Shown here: positions 1 to 9,368 of the stretch, one piece after another | Numbering within the stretch: position 1 is the stretch's first letter | How the letters are laid out: each line of letters begins with the position of its first letter | Source: Acidimicrobiia bacterium | GTDB taxonomy: Bacteria > Actinomycetota > Acidimicrobiia > Spongiisociales > UBA11373 | Direction: 5' to 3' | DNA length: 64,000 bases | NCBI GenBank assembly: GCA_040902765.1 | Contig: JBBDWO010000025.1 | Span: forward strand, 14,132-78,131 | Made by a program: the position numbers and the translations under genes | The notes under the pieces: generated by a model | What the model saw: only the letters and a program-made list of their open reading frames with translations | Told to the model about the DNA's origin: nothing | Database searches by the model: none

Positions 1-746
1 ACGACGAGATCCTCGACGGAGTGATCACCCGCCGGCGAGCCGAAGACATGGGGCAGTACTCACTGTTCGGCAGCAACGAGCCGGCGGTGTCGAACGGTGA
101 CGTCGAGATCGAGCAGGTCGAGTGGGACAAGATGATCAAGCTCGGATTCGAGAAGGAGATGCTCGGTCTGTACGTGTCCGACCATCCACTGTTCGGGATC
201 GAAGGGGCCTTGCGGGCCATGGCACCGGTCGCCATCGCGGCGCTGCCCGAGCAGGAGGATCGAGCCCTGGTCACCATCGCCGGGGTCGTCGGGTCGGTGA
301 GTCGCCGGTACACCAAGGCGGGTGAGCCCATCCTGTGGGCGCAGGTGGAGGACCTGGCCGCCAGCGTCGAGGTGGTCTGCTTTCCGAAGGTGGTGCACGA
401 GTTCGGTCCGCTCATCCGCGAGGACGCCATCCTCCTGGTACGGGGCTACATCGATCGGGGCATGGACGAAGTCAAGGTGATCGCTCAGCAGATCCGGGAA
501 CCGAATCTGGAGGTCGGCCAGGCGGTGCGTCTGCGGGTCCCGGCGCCGACGATGTCGGCGGAGCTGGTGGGGAGCCTGCGGGCGGTGCTGACCCAGCACC
601 CGGGAAGCGTGCCGGTCTTCTTGCACCTCGCCGGCAGCGGGCAGGACACCGTGGTACGGCTCGGACAGGAGCTGCTGGTCGAGCCGAGGACCGCGCTCTA
701 CGCCCAACTCCGCGAGCTCCTGGGCACAGATGCGGTCATGGGATGA
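1..746 (+). CDS. dnaE: DNA polymerase III alpha subunit, C-terminal part (5' end lies outside the window)
   Basis: The frame is open from the window edge. The C-terminal DnaE signature is visible (QYSLFG..., EKEMLGLYVSDHPL, OB-fold/tau-binding tail). Confidence 0.8.
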   Translation, partial: DEILDGVITRRRAEDMGQYSLFGSNEPAVSNGDVEIEQVEWDKMIKLGFEKEMLGLYVSDHPLFGIEGALRAMAPVAIAALPEQEDRALVTIAGVVGSVSRRYTKAGEPILWAQVEDLAASVEVVCFPKVVHEFGPLIREDAILLVRGYIDRGMDEVKVIAQQIREPNLEVGQAVRLRVPAPTMSAELVGSLRAVLTQHPGSVPVFLHLAGSGQDTVVRLGQELLVEPRTALYAQLRELLGTDAVMG

Positions 747-921
747 GTGCCTACCCTTGTAGGGACGAGTCGAGAGGATGAGGCGTGGCTGAGTTCGACG
801 TCGAGGCATTCAAGGACCGGTTCCGTGATCGGGCCGAGGCCGTGCGAGACCGGGGGGTACCCCCCTTGGAAGGTGAGGCGCGTCGGAAGTTCTTGCTGGC
901 CGCCCAGCAGGACTTCGTCGA

Positions 922-2640
922 CTACTCGCTGGTAGCCGACTCGTCGATCGCCATAGAGGGTTCTGAGCTCGTCTTCAGGATTCCGCTCGCCGACGGGGAC
1001 TGATCGGGGCCCCCACCTACAGCACCGGAGCGGCGAGCTTCGGCTGCCCGCTCCGTCTCCAACCGACCGAGTTCGACATCGGAAGCATCCACGAAGCTCA
1101 TGGCATCGGCGATGGCGGTGTGACCGGCCTGATCTCTGATAAGGCGGTGCATCTCCAGGCAGACTCGGCGGTAGTCGGGATGCCCGCCCTGGGCGGTGCG
1201 GAGTTCGATGAGGTGGAACGCCTCCCGGGCATTGAGCTGCATGTAGAAACGGATCCTGAAGGCGAAGGGGACCGCGTACTGCGCCACCATCGGATCGAGG
1301 TCGGCGGCGAGGTCGCCGTACAGCTCGGCGGCCGCACCGATGGCGTCGTGCCACGCCGGCTCGGCGTCGATGTCGCCGATCGACGCCGGCGTGACGTACC
1401 CATGGGCGGTACCGAGCCGCTGCCAATCGAGGGAGAGGATCCGGTGGCGCTGGAGATCGCGGAAGATCCCGTAGTCGCAAAGGATGTCGAACCGGTAGTC
1501 ACTGCGTTCCATGCCCCTCCCGGGCCGGTGCCGGCGGTTGGAGCGATCGCCGGCGTAGGTGAGCAGGATCCGACGCCTCTCGTCCGGGGGCATGGCCCGG
1601 ACGACTTCCAGGAGCACATCGTCGGGGAGGTCCGTGTGGGGGTACAGCGCGGCGGCCACCACCTTGGTCTCGGCTTCCGGATCCCAGTCGACCAGGGTGA
1701 CCTCCGGTCGTTCGGGGATGTCGTCCGGTAGGGCGGCGGCGACGGCGGCGGTGGCGTCGGCAGTGGCCCGCAGGTAGGCAGACCAGGTCTCGCCCCGATC
1801 GGGCAGGTCCACCCGCTTGAAGAAGGCCGGGGCGACGAGTCGCAGCTCGCGCAGCATGGCGTCGGCGTACGCTCGAGCTTCGGCAAGCGGATGGGCGCGC
1901 ATGCGCAAGAGGACCGCTTCGTATGCCTGACCGTTGGCGTAGATGCCGACGTTGGAGCGGGTGGCGGCCGGCAGCAGGCCGCGCAGGTCGTCGCAGACCC
2001 GGGCCCGGATCGTCGACCGGTAGATGAAGTCGGAGTCGCCGTCGGCCTTGGGGAATCGCCTCCGGTAGTGCTTGGTGAGGCTCCCGGTGAGTGAGGCGTA
2101 GGTATCGAACAGGTGGTCGAGAACGCTTCGGTACCGGTCGGCCACCGGGTGGGCGGCCACCTCGGGTGGCACCAGGTAGCGATAGGAGTCCCCGAGCCGC
2201 TCGTCGTAGAACATGTAGCGGGTGCTCTGCTCGAGATAGGCGGCGAGGCGACCGCGCTCGAGGATCTTGGTGAGGAGGTTCGAGGCCTGTTCGCAGGCGA
2301 GGTGGATTCCCCCGAGCTGCGCTACCGAGTCGTCGCCGTACTGGGTGAAGACCCGGTGGTAGAGCTCGTCGGCGCGTGCCGTGCCGGTATGCCCTTCGGC
2401 GGCACCCACATCCGCCGTCGGGTCGTAGAACTCGTCGAGAAAGAGGCGGCGCAGGGATTTCGGCGACCGGCTGTACCGGGCGAAGAGGGCGCCCTTGACC
2501 ACCTCGGGGAGCCCGACGAGGGCAAAGACCGGCTCGGTGGTGTTGGTGAAGTGACGCGCCAGGATCGCGGTTTCCTCGTCGGTGAAGTCCTCTCGGAAGG
2601 GCGAGAGGCCGGGCGGGGGGGCCTGGTCTGCGGCGGTCAT
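922..2640 (-). CDS. ThyX-like (FAD-dependent thymidylate synthase family) protein, apparently two tandem ThyX-type domains, 572 aa
   Basis: Long clean ORF with two RHR-containing motifs (RRHRPGRGMERS and QRHRILS) resembling the ThyX RHRxxxxxxxS signature. It is about twice the length of canonical ThyX. Confidence 0.45.
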   Translation of the reverse strand: MTAADQAPPPGLSPFREDFTDEETAILARHFTNTTEPVFALVGLPEVVKGALFARYSRSPKSLRRLFLDEFYDPTADVGAAEGHTGTARADELYHRVFTQYGDDSVAQLGGIHLACEQASNLLTKILERGRLAAYLEQSTRYMFYDERLGDSYRYLVPPEVAAHPVADRYRSVLDHLFDTYASLTGSLTKHYRRRFPKADGDSDFIYRSTIRARVCDDLRGLLPAATRSNVGIYANGQAYEAVLLRMRAHPLAEARAYADAMLRELRLVAPAFFKRVDLPDRGETWSAYLRATADATAAVAAALPDDIPERPEVTLVDWDPEAETKVVAAALYPHTDLPDDVLLEVVRAMPPDERRRILLTYAGDRSNRRHRPGRGMERSDYRFDILCDYGIFRDLQRHRILSLDWQRLGTAHGYVTPASIGDIDAEPAWHDAIGAAAELYGDLAADLDPMVAQYAVPFAFRIRFYMQLNAREAFHLIELRTAQGGHPDYRRVCLEMHRLIRDQAGHTAIADAMSFVDASDVELGRLETERAAEARRSGAVGGGPDQSPSASGILKTSSEPSMAIDESATSE

Positions 2641-2720
2641 CTGACACGAGTGTAATTCGGGTCAGGCGCCGGGCGCCGGGGTCGCCGGCTCAGTGGCACC
2701 TTCGCGGTACGCTCGCCGGT

Positions 2721-3008
2721 ATGACGGCGCTTCGCTTCGGGATCGGTACGGTGATCACGCTGATGGTGCTGGTGGCCCTGCTGCCGCTGGTGGTCCTGCT
2801 CGACCTCGCCGGTGGCGGCACCGGCATGGGCCTATGCGAGGGCGGGCTGGCGAGTTGTCGCACCTCCTACTTCGACGGCCCGGAGCTCCTCGGGATCCTG
2901 GTCCTGGTCTTGCTGCTCCTCGGGGCCGTGTTGCGCACGCTCCTCAAGGTATGGGAGCTCGTCGAACCCCCGGTCGGCGAGCGACCCCGCAGGCGGAGCC
3001 CCCTTTAG
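2721..3008 (+). CDS. small hydrophobic membrane protein, hypothetical
   Basis: 95-aa ORF with two strongly hydrophobic helices. It is divergent from the thyX-like gene. Confidence 0.4.
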   Translation: MTALRFGIGTVITLMVLVALLPLVVLLDLAGGGTGMGLCEGGLASCRTSYFDGPELLGILVLVLLLLGAVLRTLLKVWELVEPPVGERPRRRSPL

Positions 3009-3042
3009 GTCCGGGAGACGTGGTTGGCGGTAGCCTGGGGGG

Positions 3043-3528
3043 ATGCCCGAAGACCGCCGAATGAGTTTCACGGAGCGTCGGCGCTACGACGTGCGCAATC
3101 GGGAGTTCGTCACCGAAGAGCCGCTGCGCGAGCGCTTCCCCACCTACCTGAAGGTGTTCGCCCTCGGCCTGGCCTTCGTGCTGGCCGTCGCCGGGATCGT
3201 GATGATCTTCGGTACGGCTGGCTTCGACCGGGCCTTCGGGTACTCGGCGATCTTCTTCGGGACGCTCCTGCTCCTGCTCGGCGGTGCCCGTGGTGGTGGC
3301 TACTCCAATCTCGGGGTCGGCGCCGTCGAGGCGCTGGTCGGCGGTCGCAATCGGGTCGACGAGGACCTGCAGACCGACGCTGGCGCCCGCAGGGGTATGC
3401 CGACCGGGCAGCGCGACCCGATGGCGCGGCTGCGCCGGGGGCTTCGTCCGCCACCCAACCCGGCGGCGTTCTGGCAGTCGATCGCCGGGTTCGTGTACAT
3501 CGCCCTTGGCGTTCCGTTCACGCTCTGA
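3043..3528 (+). CDS. hypothetical membrane protein
   Basis: 161-aa ORF with two TM helices (LKVFALGLAFVLAVAGIVMIF, AIFFGTLLLLLGGA) and plausible coding composition. Confidence 0.45.
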   Translation: MPEDRRMSFTERRRYDVRNREFVTEEPLRERFPTYLKVFALGLAFVLAVAGIVMIFGTAGFDRAFGYSAIFFGTLLLLLGGARGGGYSNLGVGAVEALVGGRNRVDEDLQTDAGARRGMPTGQRDPMARLRRGLRPPPNPAAFWQSIAGFVYIALGVPFTL

Positions 3529-3532
3529 CCTG

Positions 3533-4222
3533 TCAGGTGTCGGTCGGTTCGTCGTCGGCGACTCGCGGCGATGCCGGTTGGGCATCTTCCTGGAACCCGT
3601 CGGACCGATCCTCGATGGGCCACGGCTCGTCATAGTCGTCGGGAGCGGTGTCCCCGGACCTGAGGGATGGCACCTCTAATTCGAGGGAGTCGAACAGCGG
3701 CTCGCCGAACGGGTTCTCGTCGAGCCACGACATCTCCCTGGTTGGCTCGTCGGGATCGATGTGGTGGCGCTCGATCTCCTCGGGAGGCTGGGGCTGTTCC
3801 CCGGACGGCGGAGCGCTTTGGGCAACCCTGGGGGTTGGAGGGAGGTGTTCGGTGGGGTGTCGCCAGCCGAGGCCCACCCCGACCGCGGCAGCGGAGACTC
3901 CGGCGAGAACCAGCCACGGTCCGAAGCCGATCGATCCGCCCAGGGCACGGGCCAGGGTGACCGCCTCCAGGACCTTGATCAGCGCATAGGGAATTGCCAG
4001 GAGCAGAAGGGCGCTACCGATGAGTCGGTGTGCCGGGGAGAGCGGCCGGCTGCGGTCGGGGAGAACCGTGAGGACCACGAGCGGGGCGAGTAACCCGAGC
4101 AGGACCACGCCATCGCGCAGGCTCCAGGGTCGAGCGCCGGCCCCTGACGACACGAACGACAGGCTCAGCCCGGCGAGGGCCACGAGGACTCCAGCGTCGA
4201 TGACGATCCGGTGTGGGTGGAC
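3533..4222 (-). CDS. hypothetical membrane protein with acidic/Pro-rich cytoplasmic region (start uncertain)
   Basis: The ORF at 3533..4399 has multiple TM helices. The annotated 5' end would overlap xpt by ~100 nt on the same strand, so the true start is probably internal. Confidence 0.35.
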   Translation of the reverse strand, partial: VHPHRIVIDAGVLVALAGLSLSFVSSGAGARPWSLRDGVVLLGLLAPLVVLTVLPDRSRPLSPAHRLIGSALLLLAIPYALIKVLEAVTLARALGGSIGFGPWLVLAGVSAAAVGVGLGWRHPTEHLPPTPRVAQSAPPSGEQPQPPEEIERHHIDPDEPTREMSWLDENPFGEPLFDSLELEVPSLRSGDTAPDDYDEPWPIEDRSDGFQEDAQPASPRVADDEPTDT

Positions 4223-4299
4223 GGCCAGCGGCAGGGTCCCGTCTCTTGGAGTGTCAGCGGCGGACAACGAGGACTCCGGGGGCGCGGGGGTGCGGGAGG

Positions 4300-4926
4300 T
4301 TAGTCGGTGGTGAGTACAAGACCGGATCCCTCTCCGGCGACCGTCAGGCGTAGTACCGGGGTGAGGTCGGTGACGATCACCAGCGACTCGACCCGCCACC
4401 CCCTGCTCTCCAGCCGATCCCTGCCTTCCATGTAGCCCTTCTCGATGGCGAATCCGAAGCCGACGACCGAGCCGCCCGCTTCCTCCACGATCTCTCCGAG
4501 AGCTTCGGCGGTGCGGCCGCGTGACAGGAAGTCGTCGACGATGAGCACCGACGCTCCCGATGGCAGTACCCGGTGTGCCACCTCGACGCGGTAGTCGGCC
4601 CGCTTGGTGGGCGACGCGACCTCACGGGCGTACGCCGGGCGTTCTGAGGCGTATCGGGGGTACTTCTTGGCGTAGACACAGGCCACGCCAAGATGATCGG
4701 CGGCGGCTACGGCCGGGGCAATGCCGCTGGCTTCCGCGGTCAGCACCAGGTCGGGGCGGCTCTCGCGAAACTGCTCTGAGATGGCCCTCCCGATCGCCCG
4801 GATCAGGCCCGGCTCGACCCGGTGGTTGAGGAAGTCGTCGACCTTGATCAGCAATCCCTCGACTCGCCCGCGTTCCACGATCGCATCGGCGAGCATGCGG
4901 GAGCCGGATGGTGAGGTGTCAGCCAT
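4300..4926 (-). CDS. xpt: xanthine phosphoribosyltransferase
   Basis: MADTSPSGSRMLADAIVERGRV...LIVDDFLSRGRTAEAL matches the Xpt/PRTase type I fold with its PRPP-binding motif VLIVDDFLSRG. The ATG lies at 4926-4924. The upstream extension of the ORF track (to 5460) is out of context. Confidence 0.85.
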   Translation of the reverse strand: MADTSPSGSRMLADAIVERGRVEGLLIKVDDFLNHRVEPGLIRAIGRAISEQFRESRPDLVLTAEASGIAPAVAAADHLGVACVYAKKYPRYASERPAYAREVASPTKRADYRVEVAHRVLPSGASVLIVDDFLSRGRTAEALGEIVEEAGGSVVGFGFAIEKGYMEGRDRLESRGWRVESLVIVTDLTPVLRLTVAGEGSGLVLTTD

Positions 4927-4971
4927 ACGCGCAGCGTACCGGGACGGGCCGGTCGGTAGCATCGGCAGTCG

Positions 4972-5643
4972 ATGCCCGACGCGCCGGATCAGCCGACCCC
5001 GCAGGCTCGCCGCCGAGCGGCGCGCATCCTCGCCCGTCTCACCGAGCGCTATCCGGCCGCGGAGACCGCACTGCGCTACGACGATGCCTGGCAGCTGCTC
5101 GTGGCGACGGTGCTCAGCGCTCAGACCACCGACGAGATGGTCAACCGGGTGACGCCGCCTCTGTTCGCCCGTTGGCCGACACCCGAGGATCTCGCCAACG
5201 CAGACCCCGAGGAGGTGGAGGCCGTGGTGCGTTCCACCGGCTTCTTCCGGCAGAAGACCCGATCGATCATCAGCCTCAGTAGGGACCTGGTCGTGCGGTT
5301 CGGGGGGGTCGTGCCCGACGACCTGGACCGCTTGGTGGAATTGCGCGGCGCCGGACGCAAGACGGCGAGTGTGGTGCTGGCAGAGGCCTTCGGTGCCCCG
5401 GCCATCGCGGTGGACACCCATGTGAAACGGGTGGCGGGGCGCCTCGATCTGACCCGGCACCGGGATCCGACGAAGATCGAAGGAGATCTCAAGGCCCTGT
5501 TCCCCAGGCGCCTATGGGCAGGCGTGTCGATGCGCTTCATTCAGTTCGGCCGCGATGTCTGTGACGCCCGGCGCCCCCGGTGCTGGGAGTGTCCGCTGGC
5601 CCGCACCTGCCGCTGGCCGGACAAGGCGACGCGGCCGTCGTGA
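4972..5643 (+). CDS. nth: endonuclease III (DNA-(apurinic/apyrimidinic site) lyase)
   Basis: HhH-GPD motif LPGVGRKTA-like (LRGAGRKTASVVL) and a C-terminal 4Fe-4S cluster Cys ladder (CxxxxxxCxxCxxxxxC). Confidence 0.9.
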   Translation: MPDAPDQPTPQARRRAARILARLTERYPAAETALRYDDAWQLLVATVLSAQTTDEMVNRVTPPLFARWPTPEDLANADPEEVEAVVRSTGFFRQKTRSIISLSRDLVVRFGGVVPDDLDRLVELRGAGRKTASVVLAEAFGAPAIAVDTHVKRVAGRLDLTRHRDPTKIEGDLKALFPRRLWAGVSMRFIQFGRDVCDARRPRCWECPLARTCRWPDKATRPS

Positions 5644-6959
5644 GACTCGGCCGCTCGCCTCACGATGGGGCAATCGCCGCCCTAGCCATCCCGGCGCTCG
5701 GTTCGCTGATCGCCGACCCCCTGCTCAGCCTGGTGGACACGGCGTTCGTGGGCCGTCTCGGCACCGACGCCCTGGCCGCGCTCGGCGTGTCCGCTGCCGT
5801 GTTCGGCGTGGCCTTCTTCGTGTTCAATTTCCTCGAGTACGGCACGACGTCGGAGGTGGCCAAGGCGGTGGGGCGGGGGGACGGTGCGGCCGCGGGGAGG
5901 GCGGTGACCACCGCCCTCGGCCTGGCTGTCGTCTGCGGCGCGGCGGTGTCCCTGGGACTGATCGTGTCGGCCGAGAGCCTGGTGCGTCTCTTCGGTGGAA
6001 CGCCCGCGGTGGTGGCTCTGGGGGCGACGTATGTGGGCATCCGTGCGCTGGCAGCTCCTGCGGTGCTCTTCGTGCGGGCTGCCAACGGAGCCCTTCGTGG
6101 CTTCCAGGACACGACCACGCCGATGGTCGTGGCCATCGCCATCAACGCACTCAACCTGGCGCTGGACCCGATCCTCATATTCGGATTCGGCATGGGGATC
6201 GCCGGAGCCGCCTGGGCGACGGTCGCTGCTCAGTGGTGTGCCGCCGTCGCTTTCCTAATCATCTTCCGACGCAGGATGGCTCGGTACGGGATCGTCGGGG
6301 TCCGGCCGGTCGCCGGCGAAGTGCGACGGTTCCTGCGGGTGGGGAGGGATCTGGTGATACGGACGGCGTCATTGCTGGCCACCTTCACGCTCGCCACCGC
6401 CGTGGCGACCCGGGTGTCCAGCCTCGCTGTCGCCGCCCACCAGGTGATGTCGCAGCTGTTCCTTCTCATGGCCCTCGCCCTCGACGCCCTCGCCATCGCC
6501 GCCCAGGCGCTGGTCGGGCTCTACGTGGGTGCCGCTCGGAACGAGGAGGCCAGAGCCGTCGCCGACCGCCTCCTGGTCCTGGGCCTCGGGGTGGGAGTGA
6601 TGTTGTCCGGCGTCCTCGCCGCGGTCGGATGGGTCCTGCCGGGCTGGTTCAGCAGCGATCCCGACGTGCACGCCGCCATCGGTTCGGCGTATTGGATCCT
6701 CGTCGCCCTCCAACCGTTGGCCGCCGTGGTGTTCGTTTGGGACGGCGTCTTCATCGGCCTGGGTGACTTCCGGTTCCTCGCCCGGGCGATGGTGCTCTCA
6801 GCGCTGGTCGCCGGAGGCTCACTCCTGTTGGTGGTGCCCCTCGGGTTGGGGCTGCCCGGCGTGTGGTGGGGTCTGGTGCTCTTCCTCGCCGTTCGGGCGG
6901 TCACACTGGGATGGCGCCGGTGGGCGGATCGTTCCCCTCTGCGTGTTCATGGATCGTGA
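5640..6959 (+). CDS. MATE family efflux transporter (DinF/NorM-like)
   Basis: 12-TM topology with MATE N-terminal signature (IPALGSLIADPLLSLVDTAFVGRLG). A GTG start overlaps the nth stop (GTGA). Confidence 0.8.
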   Translation: MRLGRSPHDGAIAALAIPALGSLIADPLLSLVDTAFVGRLGTDALAALGVSAAVFGVAFFVFNFLEYGTTSEVAKAVGRGDGAAAGRAVTTALGLAVVCGAAVSLGLIVSAESLVRLFGGTPAVVALGATYVGIRALAAPAVLFVRAANGALRGFQDTTTPMVVAIAINALNLALDPILIFGFGMGIAGAAWATVAAQWCAAVAFLIIFRRRMARYGIVGVRPVAGEVRRFLRVGRDLVIRTASLLATFTLATAVATRVSSLAVAAHQVMSQLFLLMALALDALAIAAQALVGLYVGAARNEEARAVADRLLVLGLGVGVMLSGVLAAVGWVLPGWFSSDPDVHAAIGSAYWILVALQPLAAVVFVWDGVFIGLGDFRFLARAMVLSALVAGGSLLLVVPLGLGLPGVWWGLVLFLAVRAVTLGWRRWADRSPLRVHGS

Positions 6960-8154
6960 GCCCCTTGGTCTCGGGGAGCCCGACGAGAGCGGTGGTGGCA
7001 AGGGCAAGGGCAACACCGAGGGCGCCGATGGTCACCGACAGGCCCCAGGCGTCCACGGCGAATCGCCCGGCGGCGAATCCGATCAGACCGCCGGCGATGG
7101 CCGCGTTGACCAGCCACGCCGCCGCCGTGGACCTGATCTCGGTGGGGAAGAGCTCGGACCGGTGTGAGGCGAAGGCGGGAGCGAAGGCGGACCCTCCGAG
7201 AGTGGCGAGAAACATGGCGACGCCCAGGAGCCACCCCTCCACGGAGTAGAAGGCGACGCCGCCGACCACCCCCACGCCGATGGCAATCGCTTGTGTCGGG
7301 CGTCGTCCGGCGGTGTCGGCAAGTCGACCGCCGATGAGGAGGCCGAGGATCACCCCGGGCGTGCTGCTGAGAACCAGCATGAGCGATGCGGCTCCGGTCG
7401 ACCAGGCGAGACCGTTCTCCAGGCGGATGAGGGCCAGGTTGGCCACCGGGCTGCTGAAGGCCGACAGGGCGAACGAGAGCGCTGCCATCCTCCAGAACCG
7501 GCCGGCGTGCGTCGGGCCGAGGACGGCGGTGAGGCGCTGACGGCGGGGAGGCGGCGTGAAGGCACGGGATTCGCGGAGGCTGCGGGTGAGGAAGGGGAGT
7601 ACGAGGATCGGCGCCGAACTGAGCAGGAAGAGGAGCCGCCACGCGGTCGGATCGGCATCGGCGAGTGGTCTCAGCAGGAGTCCGAGCCCGGTGCCCATGG
7701 AGCCGAGGAGTGAGTAGAGGGCGATGGCGTAGCCGCGGATCGCCGGGGCCACCTCCTCGGCGAGTACGACGATGGCGAGGGCGCCGATGGCGATGGTCCC
7801 GATGCGGGCCACCGACTGGAGGGCGACGAAGGAGGCGAAGGAGGCGGTGAGGCCGGTCGCCAGGTTGCCGGCCGTGAGGATCAGCAGGGCGATGAGCAGC
7901 GGTCGGCGACGGCCGCGGTGATCACTCCACCATGACAGGACGATGGCCACCAGGGCCACGGCTCGCACGACGGCCATCAGGTCGAAGACGCGGGCATCGC
8001 TCAGGGCGAACTCGGTCTGGACGAAGGGCAACGCGTGGGTGATGGCCGAACCCGCCCATCCCTGGGTGATCCCGACGATGCCAAACAGGGCGAGGATCCG
8101 CCACTCCCGTCTGGTCACCGGTTGCGGGGGGCGGAGGGTCAGCGAGATCCCCAC
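6901..8154 (-). CDS. MFS transporter
   Basis: About 12 TM helices with MFS motif A-like loops (GxLaDrxGrr: WSDHRGRRRP, LADTAGRRP). Confidence 0.75.
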   Translation of the reverse strand: MGISLTLRPPQPVTRREWRILALFGIVGITQGWAGSAITHALPFVQTEFALSDARVFDLMAVVRAVALVAIVLSWWSDHRGRRRPLLIALLILTAGNLATGLTASFASFVALQSVARIGTIAIGALAIVVLAEEVAPAIRGYAIALYSLLGSMGTGLGLLLRPLADADPTAWRLLFLLSSAPILVLPFLTRSLRESRAFTPPPRRQRLTAVLGPTHAGRFWRMAALSFALSAFSSPVANLALIRLENGLAWSTGAASLMLVLSSTPGVILGLLIGGRLADTAGRRPTQAIAIGVGVVGGVAFYSVEGWLLGVAMFLATLGGSAFAPAFASHRSELFPTEIRSTAAAWLVNAAIAGGLIGFAAGRFAVDAWGLSVTIGALGVALALATTALVGLPETKGLTIHEHAEGNDPPTGAIPV

Positions 8155-8481
8155 TCAGGCGATCTCGCTGCCGGGGGGCACCGGCCGATCGGGTCTCAGG
8201 ACGACGACGCCGTCCTCGGTGACCGCGCCGAGGACGAGGACGTCCGACCGAAAGCCACCGACCCGGATCGGCTCGAAGCCGGTGACCGCGACCACCTGGG
8301 TTCCGACCAACTCCTCGGGGCGATAGAGGTCGGCGATCTTCGCCGACGACTGGAGGGTGCCCAGGTCGCCGAAATCGATCCACAGTCTGTAGGCGGTATC
8401 GCGGGCACCGTCGTTGATCTCGGCGCGCAGGACGGTGCCGGCGCGAACCGCGAGTCCATGCCAGTCGGTGATGGTCGGCAC
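8155..8481 (-). CDS. csaA: tRNA-binding protein (CsaA/EMAP-type OB-fold)
   Basis: The 108-aa sequence matches the CsaA/YgjH tRNA-binding domain pattern (WIDFGDLGTLQSSAKIADLYRPEELVGTQVVAVTGFEP...). Confidence 0.7.
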   Translation of the reverse strand: MPTITDWHGLAVRAGTVLRAEINDGARDTAYRLWIDFGDLGTLQSSAKIADLYRPEELVGTQVVAVTGFEPIRVGGFRSDVLVLGAVTEDGVVVLRPDRPVPPGSEIA

Positions 8482-8527
8482 CGGGCGAGGTTACCGGGAG
8501 CGCACCAAACCGGATACCGTGCTGGCC

Positions 8528-9274
8528 ATGGAGATCGCCGGCGTCAGCATCCTCGCCGCTTTCGTGTTCGGGGTTCTGTCGTTTCTGTCCCCGTGTGTGC
8601 TGCCGTTGCTCCCGGGCTATCTGGCGATGATGTCGGGGTACTCGGTGACCGAGGTGGCCGATGGCTCGGTGTCGACCCGCCGGATGCTGCGGGTCACGCT
8701 CCTCTTCGTCCTCGGCTTCACCGTGGTGTTCGTGGCTCTCGGGGCCACCGCCACCGCCGTCGGGTCGTCCCTGCTGCGCAACGCGATCGACATCGGCCGG
8801 ATCGCCGGATGGTTCGTGCTGGCGATGGGGTTGTTCCTGGTGGTCACCGGGATCTGGGCGCCCGGTTTCATGATGGGTCTCATGCGGGAGCGGCGTGCCG
8901 ACGTGTGGCCGTCCCGTCTCGGAGTGTGGGCACCCCCGGTCATGGGTGCTGCGTTCGGCTTCGCCTGGACGCCGTGTATCGGCCCGACCCTGGGAGCCAT
9001 CCTGACGGTGGCCGGCACTCAGAGCACCGTCGCTGCCGGGATGGTCCTGCTGTTCGCGTACAGCCTCGGTCTCGGGGTGCCCTTCGTCCTCGCCGGGGTC
9101 GGGATCGGGCGGCTCTATGGTGCCTTCGAGTGGCTGCGACGGCGCGCCCGGGTGATATCGGTGGTGTCGGGTGCCCTGCTCATGGCGTTCGGGGTGCTGA
9201 TGATCACCGGTGGCCTGTTCCGGGTCAGCTCCTGGTTCCAGCGGTGGCTCCCCGATATGTTCTGGAACGTGTAG
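8528..9274 (+). CDS. ccdA: cytochrome c biogenesis / thiol-disulfide transporter CcdA (DsbD transmembrane-domain family)
   Basis: The two conserved Cys-containing TM motifs are present (FLSPCVLPLLPGYL and AWTPCIGPTLGAIL) in a 6-TM protein. Confidence 0.85.
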   Translation: MEIAGVSILAAFVFGVLSFLSPCVLPLLPGYLAMMSGYSVTEVADGSVSTRRMLRVTLLFVLGFTVVFVALGATATAVGSSLLRNAIDIGRIAGWFVLAMGLFLVVTGIWAPGFMMGLMRERRADVWPSRLGVWAPPVMGAAFGFAWTPCIGPTLGAILTVAGTQSTVAAGMVLLFAYSLGLGVPFVLAGVGIGRLYGAFEWLRRRARVISVVSGALLMAFGVLMITGGLFRVSSWFQRWLPDMFWNV

Positions 9275-9368
9275 AGCGAGGAGCCAGGGGCGAGGGGCGA
9301 GGGGCCAAGAGGCGAAAGCCAGCCGGTCGAGGGTCTGGGACTCGGGGCATGCGGGGTAGCCTCTGACC

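Noticed and set aside
785-1003. 72-aa plus-strand ORF (MAEFDVEAFKDRF...)
   Set aside because: It overlaps the 3' end of the convergent ThyX-like gene by about 80 nt. Its composition is plausible, but there is no other support, so it is left uncalled.
4927-5460. Upstream extension of the xpt ORF (the ORF track gives 4300..5460, 386 aa)
   Set aside because: Xpt homology starts at the ATG at 4926 (MADTSPSG...). The extension overlaps nth on the opposite strand and has nonsense composition.
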